NCBI GenBank assembly: GCA_965208575.1
Contig: CBDBOV010000005.1
Coordinates: 672,001-736,000 of the forward strand
DNA: 64,000 nt
Origin: Spirochaetia bacterium
GTDB taxonomy: Bacteria; Spirochaetota; Spirochaetia; SZUA-6; Bin103
Direction of reading: 5' to 3'
Under the pieces are notes generated by a model. It was not told the DNA's origin. It worked only from the letters and a program-made list of their open reading frames with translations, and did not search any database. How positions within the stretch are numbered: position 1 is the first letter of the stretch; every line of letters begins with the position of its first letter. Both the position numbers and the translations under genes were made by a program. Of this stretch, positions 32,633 through 42,169 are shown piece after piece.

Positions 32633-35600
32633 TTACCAGCGCAACGAGCCCTCCAGCTTCACGTCGTGTACCGGCGCCGCGTGCGGGTCGGCGCTCTCGC
32701 TCCGCTCCGCCTCCAGGGTGGCGTCGAACGCCGTACCGAGTTCCAGGCGGCCGCCAAGGCTCAGAGTGCGCGCGCCGGCGCCGGTGAGCGCAGCCTGAGC
32801 GAACGGCGTAAGCACACCGGTCATGCCGAAAGCCGGCAGGCCGTAGCCGATTTCCGCCTCGACGCGGCCGCCCGGTCGGCGGCCGGGCGGCAGGTCGACG
32901 GCGCCGTGCTTCCACAGCCCGTTGACGCCGCTTGCGGTCACGCCCCAGGTCGGCCGCACGCTCATCGACAGGCCGTGGCCCGCCGGGCTCGCGTCGAGCT
33001 GGAGCAGGCCGCTCAGGCCCCACTCGCCGTAGTTGTCGCGCAGCACCAATGCACGGCCGCCGGCCGCCGCCGTCAGGCCCAAGCCCGGATCGGCCCAGGT
33101 CACGCCGCCTCCCACCTCGACACCGATGCCGGTTGCACCGTCGCCGCCGTCGAAACGGCCGCCCACCTCCAGCACAGGTTTCAGCGACCCGCCGCCGGGG
33201 AAGTGCCAGGCGTGGCTGGTCTCGACCACCGCCCGCGCCTGCTGCACGCCCACGTCCAGCTTCCGAATCGTCTTCGCTTCGTTCTCCGCGACCGATCCTC
33301 CACCGAAGAACCCGTCCGCCCTCAGCTTGAGCGCCGTGGTGCCGCCGGCCATGAAGTCGTCGGTCGACAGCAGCGTCACGCTCGCCCCGGCGCCCACCGA
33401 CCACAGGCTGAGGTCCGACTCCTGCACCGCCATGCTTGCAGCGGAATCGTCGATCGACACGCCGCCGATGCCGATACCGCCGGTGGCCCACAGCCCGAAG
33501 CGGGGCGTGGTCCAGCCGACGTAGGGGTATGCGCCGATCAACCAGGTCGCGTAGGTACCCTCGCGGTCGGTAGGCGCGAGCTCATCGACGTAGTCCAGCC
33601 CGCCGCCGGTCCAGGACAGCGCGAGGCCGGTAAGCAGGTTGTCCACGAAGCGCAGGTCGGCGCCGAGCCGGGCGCTCCATACCGAGCCTTCCCAGTCCAC
33701 GTCGTCCGCGTCGCCGTCGCCGCCGTCGATTGCGCGGAAGTCGCCGCGGCCCCAGACCGCGGCCCAGACGCCGGATTCGCGGTCGTGCGCGCTGAGCGGC
33801 ACCAGGAAGGAGGAGCCTCCCAGCACGCGCGCCAAGTCGTAGCTGCCGTCCTGCAGCGCCCGTTCGTTGGCCTGCAGCGCCCGGTGGAGCCCGGTCAGTC
33901 CTGCCAGGTCCGCGCTCGCCGCCGGTGGTTCGCCCCGCGCGGCCAGCGCCATGCGGTCGCTCACCGCCTCCAGTGCGTCCGCCGCCGCAGCGCGCGTGAT
34001 GCCCGGCAGCAGCGCCTCGTTGACCCGGTTGATCGAGAGGTACACCGGATCCTGGATCGCGATCGTCGCCGACTTCGGACTGCCGACGCGCACGGACCCG
34101 TTGGCGGTCGCCGCGCCGGTGAGCGTCAAGACCAGCGTCTCGTCCGGCTCCAGCACCTGGTCGGTCCTGGTCTGAATCGCGATCGTCGCCGTCTGCCGGC
34201 CTGCCGGGATCGAGACCATGGTCGGACTCGGAGCCGTGTAGTCGGCCGGTCCCTCGGCGGTGCCGCCGAGGGAGTAGCTCACGCTCACCGGCGCGGTGCT
34301 TTCGCCGCCGCCCACCTTCACCGTGAACCGCGCCACATCGCCTTCGGCTACCGTCTTCGGCGCGGTGACGCTGACCGACAGTTCGTCGTGGCCGGTGTGC
34401 CGGTCCACGATCGTGACGCTCGCGGTAGCGTGCGATCCCACCACCGCCAGCCCGGCGCCCACCGCTTCCGCTTCGGTCAGCGTCACCGACAGGGTCTCGT
34501 CCGGCTCCGGCACGCCGTCCGCTTCGGTTGTGACGGTGATCGTGCCGCTGTCCTGATTCTCGGGAATCGTCAGCGTTCCGGAAGACGGCCCCGCGTAGTC
34601 CGCGGCCGTTGCCTCCCCGCCCAGTTCCCAGTCGACCGTGACGCCTGACCGGTTGTCTCCACCGGTCAGGCTGACGGTGAACGTTGCCGGTTGGCCCTCG
34701 ATCACCGTCGCCGGCGTCGGCGCGCTCACGCTCGCCGCGAGCGCGGGGCCGTCCGCGCCCGCTCCCTCCACCTTCGGGGCGGGGCGCTCGTGCGTGATGG
34801 TCGCCGTTGCTTCCCGGTCCCACAGCACCACCCCGGACGGCGCGCCGGCCGGCAGATCCTTCAAACTCACCGTGAAGGTCTCGTCGGCTTCCGCCAGAAG
34901 GTCGTCCCTGGTCGCCACCTTGATCGTCGCCCTCGTCTCGCCCGCCATCACGGTCAAGGACGCCCCCGCCGCGGGGGCAGTGTAGTCGTTCGTAGTCGCC
35001 CCGGTCGTACCTGCCGGGCCGGCGATTGCCGCATAACCCACGGTCACGTCAGCGGCGACCTTGCCCGTGAGGTCGACCGTGAACGTCGCGGTCTCGCCCT
35101 CCACCACCGTCGTGTCGTCGATCGAGATCGCGACTTCGGAGTAGTCGGCGATGGTGGCGCTCGCCGTCGCCGTGCCGAGCGCAACCGCACCGGCAGACGT
35201 CGCGGACAGCAGGGTAACCGACAACGTCTCGCCGCGGTCGAGCACGCGGTCCTCACGGGTCGCGATCGAAATCGTACCGGTCGATGCGCCGCGGCCGATC
35301 GTGAGCGTGCCGCTCGCAGCGGCGTAGTCGCCGTCCTCCGCCGTGGCAGTGCCGCCGACGTCGTAGCCGACCACTACCGGTGCGGTGCTCGTGGCTCCGG
35401 TCAGGGTCACGACGAACGTCGCCGCCGAACCCTCCGGCACCGTGGCCTGCCCGACCGCCACCGATGCGGTGAGCGCGTCGTCGGCCGCGTCCGTGATCGT
35501 ACCCTTCACCGTCGGAGTTGCGATCCCCACGCCCGCGGACCCCCGTACCCACGACAATCGCAGGTCGAGGGTTTCGTCCCCTTCGTTCAGGGTATCGGCA

Positions 35601-38600
35601 CGGGTAGGCACGGTGACCGTTTGCGCGCTGCTGGTCTCGGTCGTGGTGGTGCCGTCGGAGCTTCCGAACGTCAGCGTGCCGCTCTGCGCGGTGTAGTCCG
35701 CGGGTTGGCTCGCGGTGCCGCCCCCCGTTCGGTAACTCACCACGGCGTACACGTTCCCTGACGGAGTGATCGTGAAATCGAGAGCGCTGCCCTCGCCTGC
35801 CGTGGGTTCATTCGCCGAGATTGCCTCACGAACGACCGCCGTGTTCACCGATGAGGTTCCGCGGGTTACCGTTCCCCGCACCGCCGCAACGCCGGTCAGC
35901 GTCACCACCAGCGTCTCGCCCACGCTCGGGGCATTGGCGGGAGCGACGGCAAAGGAAGCGGTGCCCGTCTGGTTCGGCGCCGTAATGGTCGCGGTTCCGG
36001 TTCCGGACTGGGCGCCCACGCGGTAGGCGTAGTCCACGGTGATGTCGTTGCCGGCGTCCGTTGTGCCGCCGGTGAACTGCAACGTGTACTCCACGCTGGC
36101 GGCAGCACTCTCGGCCACCGCCCGCGGTCCGCCGAGGTTTATCCGCAACGGATCGTTCTTGCGGATGGTTCCCGTTGCCGTACTTGCACGCAACGCCACC
36201 GTTCCGTTCAGCAAGACTGTTGGTGGTGTCGATATTATCGCCAGGCTGGAGAGCGTCACCGCGAACGTTTCCTCGTCCTCGGCGAACGTGTCGTCCATGG
36301 TCTGCACCGTGACGGTTGCGCGGGTCTCCCCGGCGGCAAAGGTCAGAGTGGCTGGCACGGCGGCTCCGTAGTCACCCGTGGTTGCGGTGGCTGCGGTGGC
36401 TGCGACTGCCATCGTGACGGGGTACATCACCGGTCTGGAGAGGCTCACCGCAAACACGGCCGCTTCGCCCTCGTCCACGGGCGCCGCGTCCGCCACCGAG
36501 ACCTCCACGAAACCGCCGTGATCCCGGATATTCGTTGGCTGCGACGCGGTGGCAGAAGCCGTGACCGTTCCCGCCGCGGTAGTCGCGGCGGTCAACTCGA
36601 CCGCCAACGTCTCGCCGCCACGAGTGCCAGACATGATGAACAGTTCCAGCACGTCGTCGGTCCTGGTGCGGATGGTGATCGTGCCACTCGAGCGCCCGGC
36701 CGGGATGGTCAGCTTGCCGCTGGGGCTGGTGTAGTCATCGGGCGCCTTTGCCGTCGAAGCCGCGGTGGGGCGGTAGCTGACGATGACCGGCCGGCTGCCG
36801 CTGGCACTGGCGCCGCCAGTCCGCGTCAGCGCTACCAGGAACGTGGCGTCGGAGCCCTCCAGCATCGTCTCCCGCAATCGCGTGACCGTTGCAGTCAGGG
36901 CGTCGTCGTCGTCGATGGTGGCCGTAGCCCGGTCGGTACCGAGCACGACGCTGCCGCCCTGCGGCGACACCAGGGTCAGCGCCATCGAGAACGTCTCATC
37001 GTCCTCCGCCAGGGTGTCGTCTTCAACGTTCACCGTCACCGTTTCGCTGCCGGCGCCGGTGAACGTCAGGGTGCCACTCGCGGAATCGTAGTCGGCGCTT
37101 CCGGCGGTCCCGCTCGCGGTCGCGTAGCGCACCACTACTTCCCCGGCGTTACTGCCGGTCCTGGTCACCGTGAAGGCGATGTCATTCGCCTCCACTACGG
37201 CGGCGGCCGGTGCCGAGACGCTTACCCTATCGACGTTCGAGCCCACGATCCTGGTGCTCGCGCTGGACGTGCCGCGGCTTACGCGACCGGCGCCGGTATT
37301 CACGCCGGCGAGGCTGACCGACAGGGTGCCCGGCGCGTCCCCGCTCTGGGTGGCGACCGAAAACGTGCCGCTCGACGCCCCGGCAGTGATCGTCGCGGTG
37401 CTGGCCTTGCTGCCGGCCTGCCAGGAGGCCACGACGTCGGAACTGCCGAGACCGCCGGCGAGTTCCACCGTGTAGGTCGCCGGGGAACCCTCGGTGACCG
37501 ACTGGTCGCCGCTCAGGTTCACCCTGAGCGGGTCGTCGTCGCGGATCGTTGCCGCGGCCTTGGCGACGCCGATCGCCACGTTGTTGGCTGCAAGGCTGCC
37601 GCCGGCGTCATCCGAGATCGTCACTTCGAAGTTCTCGTCGGCCTCCGCGAGGTTGTCCAGCGTGGTTGCCACCGTGAACGTCGCGCTGAGCTTGCCGGCC
37701 TTCAGGGTAACGGCGCCCGGGGCTCCGTTATAGTCGGTGGCGTCCGCGTCCTGGGGAGTGACCGTGACCGTGATGTCCTGGTTCACGGTGCCCGACAGCT
37801 TGATCGTGAACACGGCGTCGGCACCCTCGTTCACCGTGCCCGCGCCGCTCACCGAAACACGCAGCCCGCCGTCGCTCTCCGGTATCGTGGTGCTCGCCGT
37901 GGTCGTCGCACCGAGGGCTACGCTGCCGTTCCGGGTGGTCGGCCCCGACAGCGCTACCGACAGAGTCTCCTCCGCCTCCGACAGGTCGTCGTCGACCACG
38001 GCAACGGTGATGACTCCGGTCGCAACCCCCGCGGGGATGGTCAGAACTCCGCTCGACTTCCTTACGTCGCCGGTCACCGCGCCGTCCACCCTGACCCGGT
38101 AGGGCACCATCACGTCGGCGGTGCTGGTGATCACCGGTGTGGCCGTGGGACCCGCCAGCGTCACCGTGAAGGTGGCGTTGGCGCCCTCGACCACCGTCTG
38201 CTCGTTGGCCGCCACCGTCGCCGTCAGCGTGTCGCCATCGACGATCGCGGTCGTGGCGACCGGCGTTCCCAGCTTCACGCCGGCCGGCGTTCCGGCGAGC
38301 GACACCGTCGCGGTGAGCGTCTCCTTCGCCTCCTCCAGAGTGTCATCCACCGTCGCGATCGTGAGCGACCGCGTGCGCGCTGAATTGTCCGCCGGGAACG
38401 TGAGCGACGTGGCCGCGGGTGCGGTGTAGTCGTTCGCCGCCGCCGTGCCGCCCAGGGCGTAGTTGACCACGAGCTGCTTGCTGTTGGCGCCGCCCGTCAG
38501 TTCGACGTCGAACGTTGCGTCCGTGCCTTCGGTCACCTCCCTCTGATTGGCAGCGACCGATACGGTAACCGTACCCTCGGGTGTGAACGCGGTGGTGGCC

Positions 38601-40510
38601 GCGGCGGGCGTTCCCACGGTGGCCGTTCCGTTGGCGGTCTCCGCCCTGGTCAACGTCACCACCAGCGTTTCGCCGGCACCCTCGTTGGCGACCGCCCTGG
38701 TCTGGATCGTGAAGCTTCCCGTCGCTGCAGTGCGTCGCAGCTCCGAGTAGAGTGACGGGTCTATGACAGCTATGGTGAGCTTGCCCTCGCCCGGATCGGT
38801 GTAGTCGGTGCCGGCCGTCGCGGTTCCGCCCACCGTGTAGTCGACCACCACGTCGGCGGAGCCGACGCCGCCGGCCAGTTCCACGGTGTACACCGCCGGC
38901 GAGCCCTCCGGCACCGTTCCGGGTCCCTTGACCGACGCTTTCAGAATGTTCCCATCGGTTATCCACCCTACTGGGGTGGGCCCTGTGAAGTCCACTCCGG
39001 GCGGAAGGGAGGCTGTGTTCATCCTAAGCGTGAAGCGTTCCCTCTTTTCCGCAAGATCGTCGGCGGTCAGCTCCACCGTTATACGGGCGGACGTCTGGCC
39101 GGCTGGTATGGTGAGTGGAACATTGCTTTTTAGAGTGAAGTCCCCGCCGTCGGATCTTGCCGTAACGTTCGTCGTAGAGTATGAAAACCGCGCGTCAACG
39201 GCCACCACCCTGGACAATTTGACTTCAAACACTGCGTTGCCGCCCTCGGGCCCGGTCGCACCCATCACCTCGATGCCAACGGCGCGGCCGCCGTCTTCGA
39301 CCCAGCCCGTGGTAGACGAAAATCTGTCACGAATCCTTACCGTCCCCGCCGCGGTGGTGGCACGCTTCAGCGTTATCCTGAGTCCTTCGGGGCGTTCCAG
39401 CAATTCGTCGGCGAGCGTCCTGATGGTAAAGGTGGCGCTCGTTTCCCCGGCGGGGATCGTCAGCGTTCCCGCGCCCGGGTCTTCGTAGTCTTCCGCCGTG
39501 ATGGTGCCGGGGTGGAGGCCGGTCACCTCGTATTCCACCACTACCGCGGCAGCGCTGGCGGCGTCGTAACCAGGGTCGCCTGCTTCCAGGCCCACCTCGA
39601 ACGTCGCCGCCGAACCCTCCACTATCCGTGACTCAGATGTACGTATGAAGACGGTCAGAGCATCATTGTCGGTGATGGTGCCGGTGGCCACGGAGTTCCC
39701 GAGCGCCACGTTCGCCGGAGGGCTGACCAGCCGCAACGTCAACTCGAGCTTTTCGTTACCCTCGTACAGCTTGTCGTCTTCGATGGCCACCGTAGCCACC
39801 GTAACCGATCCCGTCGTGCCGCCCGCGATGGTCAGGGTCCCGCTTTGCGCCGTGTAGTCCGCGCCCGCCGTGGCAGTCACGTCTCGCGTGGCGTAGGCAA
39901 CCTCCAGGGCGTCCGTTATTCCCGCCGGCACCGTCACGGTGAACGCGATTTCATCGTCCTCCTCGGCCGCGGAGACATCAGCCGCCGTCACGATCGCGGT
40001 GGCGGCGGGCCGGATCGTGGTCACCACCCGGTTCGGCGAACCGATGGCGACCGTGCCCGCGCTCGTGGCGGCGCCCGTCAGCGTCACGATCAGCGTCTCG
40101 CCCACTTCCTCCATGGTGTCGCCGAGCACATTGATCGTAATGGTCCCCGAGGCCGCGCCCGCGGCGATGGTCAACTTCCCGCCGCCGGCGTCCGTGTAGT
40201 CCACCTCCTTCGTTGCCGTGCCGGTCACCGAGTAATCGATCACGATGGCGGTGCTGCCCCTGAGTCCGCTGCCAAGGGTCACCGCATAGGGTACCGGTCG
40301 AGGGGTGGCCGCATCGGCGCCCTCCTTCACGTCGTGCGGGCCGGAAATCGTCGCCACCGGCACGTCGGCGAAGGCGGCCACGGAGATGAGGAGGATGGCG
40401 CAGGCGGCCAGCAGGCTCCCCCCCCCCCCCCCCCCCCCGGCGCGGTGCAGGGTGCTGCGAGAGGATCGAGCAGCGGCGCCTCCCGGAGCGCGCGCGCCAT
40501 GCCTGGTCAC
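32633..40510 (-). CDS. Giant Calx-beta-repeat autotransporter / adhesin (~2625 aa)
   Basis: Signal peptide (ILLISVAAFA-D); ~18 modules with TAT..DY and DD...E..ETL.VTL motifs; C-terminal beta-barrel-like region ending LEGSLRW. GGGAGG RBS before GTG 40510. Confidence 0.88.
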   Translation of the reverse strand: MTRHGARAPGGAAARSSRSTLHRAGGGGGGGSLLAACAILLISVAAFADVPVATISGPHDVKEGADAATPRPVPYAVTLGSGLRGSTAIVIDYSVTGTATKEVDYTDAGGGKLTIAAGAASGTITINVLGDTMEEVGETLIVTLTGAATSAGTVAIGSPNRVVTTIRPAATAIVTAADVSAAEEDDEIAFTVTVPAGITDALEVAYATRDVTATAGADYTAQSGTLTIAGGTTGSVTVATVAIEDDKLYEGNEKLELTLRLVSPPANVALGNSVATGTITDNDALTVFIRTSESRIVEGSAATFEVGLEAGDPGYDAASAAAVVVEYEVTGLHPGTITAEDYEDPGAGTLTIPAGETSATFTIRTLADELLERPEGLRITLKRATTAAGTVRIRDRFSSTTGWVEDGGRAVGIEVMGATGPEGGNAVFEVKLSRVVAVDARFSYSTTNVTARSDGGDFTLKSNVPLTIPAGQTSARITVELTADDLAEKRERFTLRMNTASLPPGVDFTGPTPVGWITDGNILKASVKGPGTVPEGSPAVYTVELAGGVGSADVVVDYTVGGTATAGTDYTDPGEGKLTIAVIDPSLYSELRRTAATGSFTIQTRAVANEGAGETLVVTLTRAETANGTATVGTPAAATTAFTPEGTVTVSVAANQREVTEGTDATFDVELTGGANSKQLVVNYALGGTAAANDYTAPAATSLTFPADNSARTRSLTIATVDDTLEEAKETLTATVSLAGTPAGVKLGTPVATTAIVDGDTLTATVAANEQTVVEGANATFTVTLAGPTATPVITSTADVMVPYRVRVDGAVTGDVRKSSGVLTIPAGVATGVITVAVVDDDLSEAEETLSVALSGPTTRNGSVALGATTTASTTIPESDGGLRVSVSGAGTVNEGADAVFTIKLSGTVNQDITVTVTPQDADATDYNGAPGAVTLKAGKLSATFTVATTLDNLAEADENFEVTISDDAGGSLAANNVAIGVAKAAATIRDDDPLRVNLSGDQSVTEGSPATYTVELAGGLGSSDVVASWQAGSKASTATITAGASSGTFSVATQSGDAPGTLSVSLAGVNTGAGRVSRGTSSASTRIVGSNVDRVSVSAPAAAVVEANDIAFTVTRTGSNAGEVVVRYATASGTAGSADYDSASGTLTFTGAGSETVTVNVEDDTLAEDDETFSMALTLVSPQGGSVVLGTDRATATIDDDDALTATVTRLRETMLEGSDATFLVALTRTGGASASGSRPVIVSYRPTAASTAKAPDDYTSPSGKLTIPAGRSSGTITIRTRTDDVLELFIMSGTRGGETLAVELTAATTAAGTVTASATASQPTNIRDHGGFVEVSVADAAPVDEGEAAVFAVSLSRPVMYPVTMAVAATAATATTGDYGAAVPATLTFAAGETRATVTVQTMDDTFAEDEETFAVTLSSLAIISTPPTVLLNGTVALRASTATGTIRKNDPLRINLGGPRAVAESAAASVEYTLQFTGGTTDAGNDITVDYAYRVGAQSGTGTATITAPNQTGTASFAVAPANAPSVGETLVVTLTGVAAVRGTVTRGTSSVNTAVVREAISANEPTAGEGSALDFTITPSGNVYAVVSYRTGGGTASQPADYTAQSGTLTFGSSDGTTTTETSSAQTVTVPTRADTLNEGDETLDLRLSWVRGSAGVGIATPTVKGTITDAADDALTASVAVGQATVPEGSAATFVVTLTGATSTAPVVVGYDVGGTATAEDGDYAAASGTLTIGRGASTGTISIATREDRVLDRGETLSVTLLSATSAGAVALGTATASATIADYSEVAISIDDTTVVEGETATFTVDLTGKVAADVTVGYAAIAGPAGTTGATTNDYTAPAAGASLTVMAGETRATIKVATRDDLLAEADETFTVSLKDLPAGAPSGVVLWDREATATITHERPAPKVEGAGADGPALAASVSAPTPATVIEGQPATFTVSLTGGDNRSGVTVDWELGGEATAADYAGPSSGTLTIPENQDSGTITVTTEADGVPEPDETLSVTLTEAEAVGAGLAVVGSHATASVTIVDRHTGHDELSVSVTAPKTVAEGDVARFTVKVGGGESTAPVSVSYSLGGTAEGPADYTAPSPTMVSIPAGRQTATIAIQTRTDQVLEPDETLVLTLTGAATANGSVRVGSPKSATIAIQDPVYLSINRVNEALLPGITRAAAADALEAVSDRMALAARGEPPAASADLAGLTGLHRALQANERALQDGSYDLARVLGGSSFLVPLSAHDRESGVWAAVWGRGDFRAIDGGDGDADDVDWEGSVWSARLGADLRFVDNLLTGLALSWTGGGLDYVDELAPTDREGTYATWLIGAYPYVGWTTPRFGLWATGGIGIGGVSIDDSAASMAVQESDLSLWSVGAGASVTLLSTDDFMAGGTTALKLRADGFFGGGSVAENEAKTIRKLDVGVQQARAVVETSHAWHFPGGGSLKPVLEVGGRFDGGDGATGIGVEVGGGVTWADPGLGLTAAAGGRALVLRDNYGEWGLSGLLQLDASPAGHGLSMSVRPTWGVTASGVNGLWKHGAVDLPPGRRPGGRVEAEIGYGLPAFGMTGVLTPFAQAALTGAGARTLSLGGRLELGTAFDATLEAERSESADPHAAPVHDVKLEGSLRW
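40418..40438 (-). repeat. G21 homopolymer in the 5' coding region of the autotransporter
   Basis: 21 consecutive C on the + strand, encoding poly-Gly just before the signal-peptide hydrophobic core. Confidence 0.9.
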
Positions 40511-40739
40511 GATCCCTCCCGACCGATCCGAAACCGGTTGTCGCCTCGCAGGACACTCTCCGGGCCGACCGAAGCAGTACGAACTCTCCACTGGCCCCGC
40601 CATCGGGCCCAAGATATCACACTGACATATATATTACATGTCTATAATTCACATTATAATATTCTTTCCATGTCGTTCGGTCGTGCCGGCGATGGTCGTC
40701 GACGGATTTCGTCCAGCCGTCGGCGCCGGGAGCAGCCGC

Positions 40740-42137
40740 TTACAACAGCGCCTGCTCGGCGCGGTAGCGCGCGAATCCGTCCTCGTAGAGCGTGCGGTGC
40801 CGGGTGTCCGGCTCGATTGCGGCGCCGATCTTCACCAGCCGGGCGGCCGCCGCACCGACACTCGGGTCGAAGCCGAGCGCATGCGAGGCCACGCATGCGC
40901 AGCCGGTCAACTCCGCGTCCAGCACCTCCGGCACCAGCAGCGTACGGCCGACGATGTCGGCCTTGATCCGGTTCAGCCGGCGCTGTCCGGCGCGCGCTCC
41001 GGACAGCCGAATCGCGCCGACCGGGCCGGCCGCCTCCTCGATCACCGCCACCGAGTCGCGCAGCGCGTAGCCGATCGCTTCCAGCACCGCGCGCGCCATC
41101 TGTTCGCGTCCATGCTCCAGTCCGAGCCCGCTGAACACCGCGCGTACGTCGCTGCGCCACAGCGGCGTCCGTTCGCCGGCCAGGTAGGGCAGGAACAGCA
41201 CCCCGCCGGCACCGGGCGCGCTGCGTGCCGCCCGTTCCCACAACGAGCCGTCGTCCTGCGCGATGCGCGCGAACCACTCCAGCGCCTTGCCGGTGGTGGA
41301 GATCAGTCCCGCTACGCTGAACAGGCCGTCGACGATGTGCGGCAGGCACAGCAACCGCGGGTCGGCGACCGGGCGCCGGGAGCAGTAGTTCACCCCGTCC
41401 GAGCTGCCCGACCGGTTGCAGGTCTCCCCCTCCCGCACCGCCGCGGTGCCCAGCATCGCCATCACGTAATCCGGCGCGCCGGCGTACACCGGTACGGCGG
41501 CCGGAATGCCCACCTCGGCCGCGGCGGCCGCCGTGGTGCTGCCGAGCGCGGTGCCGGTGGCGACGAACGGGGGCAACTTGGCGGGGTCGAGAGCGAGCGC
41601 GTCGAGCAGGGCGTCGTCCCAGTAGTAGCGCTGAAACGGGGGCGCCGCCAGAGCGGTGTGCCAGCACCCGGTGAGCCGCAGCGCCACGTACTCGGGGCCG
41701 GAGACGAAACCGCGGGTCTGCCGGTACAGTTCCGGTGCATGGCGATACACCCAGTAGATCTTGGCCAGGAAGAAGCTCGCCTCGCGAGCCCTGCCGGTGC
41801 GCTCCGCAATCAGAGCCACCTCCGCGCCGCTGCGCCGGTCGAGCCAGGTGATTGCCGGGTGCAGCGGCCGGCCGTCCGCGCCGGCCGGCACCACGGTAGG
41901 CCCGTTTCCGGTTACCACGACCGCGGTCAGCGCGGACGGCGTGCCGAGGGCGCCGATGCAGGCGGCCACGGCGCGCAGCCAGTCGGCGGCGTCCACCTCG
42001 TGCACGCCGCCGGAAGCTGCCGTGGTGGCCACCGGTTGTGCGGCGGTGACCGTCGAGCCGTCGCCGTGGGCGAGGCCGCACTTGACCGCCGACGTACCCA
42101 CGTCGATGGCCAGTACCGGGGCATCCCAGCTTGTCAT
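40740..42137 (-). CDS. FGGY-family carbohydrate kinase (xylulokinase-like)
   Basis: LAIDVGTSAVK, AITWLDRR, FLPYLAGERTP, RAVLEAIGY. Confidence 0.9.
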   Translation of the reverse strand: MTSWDAPVLAIDVGTSAVKCGLAHGDGSTVTAAQPVATTAASGGVHEVDAADWLRAVAACIGALGTPSALTAVVVTGNGPTVVPAGADGRPLHPAITWLDRRSGAEVALIAERTGRAREASFFLAKIYWVYRHAPELYRQTRGFVSGPEYVALRLTGCWHTALAAPPFQRYYWDDALLDALALDPAKLPPFVATGTALGSTTAAAAAEVGIPAAVPVYAGAPDYVMAMLGTAAVREGETCNRSGSSDGVNYCSRRPVADPRLLCLPHIVDGLFSVAGLISTTGKALEWFARIAQDDGSLWERAARSAPGAGGVLFLPYLAGERTPLWRSDVRAVFSGLGLEHGREQMARAVLEAIGYALRDSVAVIEEAAGPVGAIRLSGARAGQRRLNRIKADIVGRTLLVPEVLDAELTGCACVASHALGFDPSVGAAAARLVKIGAAIEPDTRHRTLYEDGFARYRAEQALL

Positions 42138-42169
42138 GGCGGCGTTACCCTACCGAATCGGCGCGCCGG

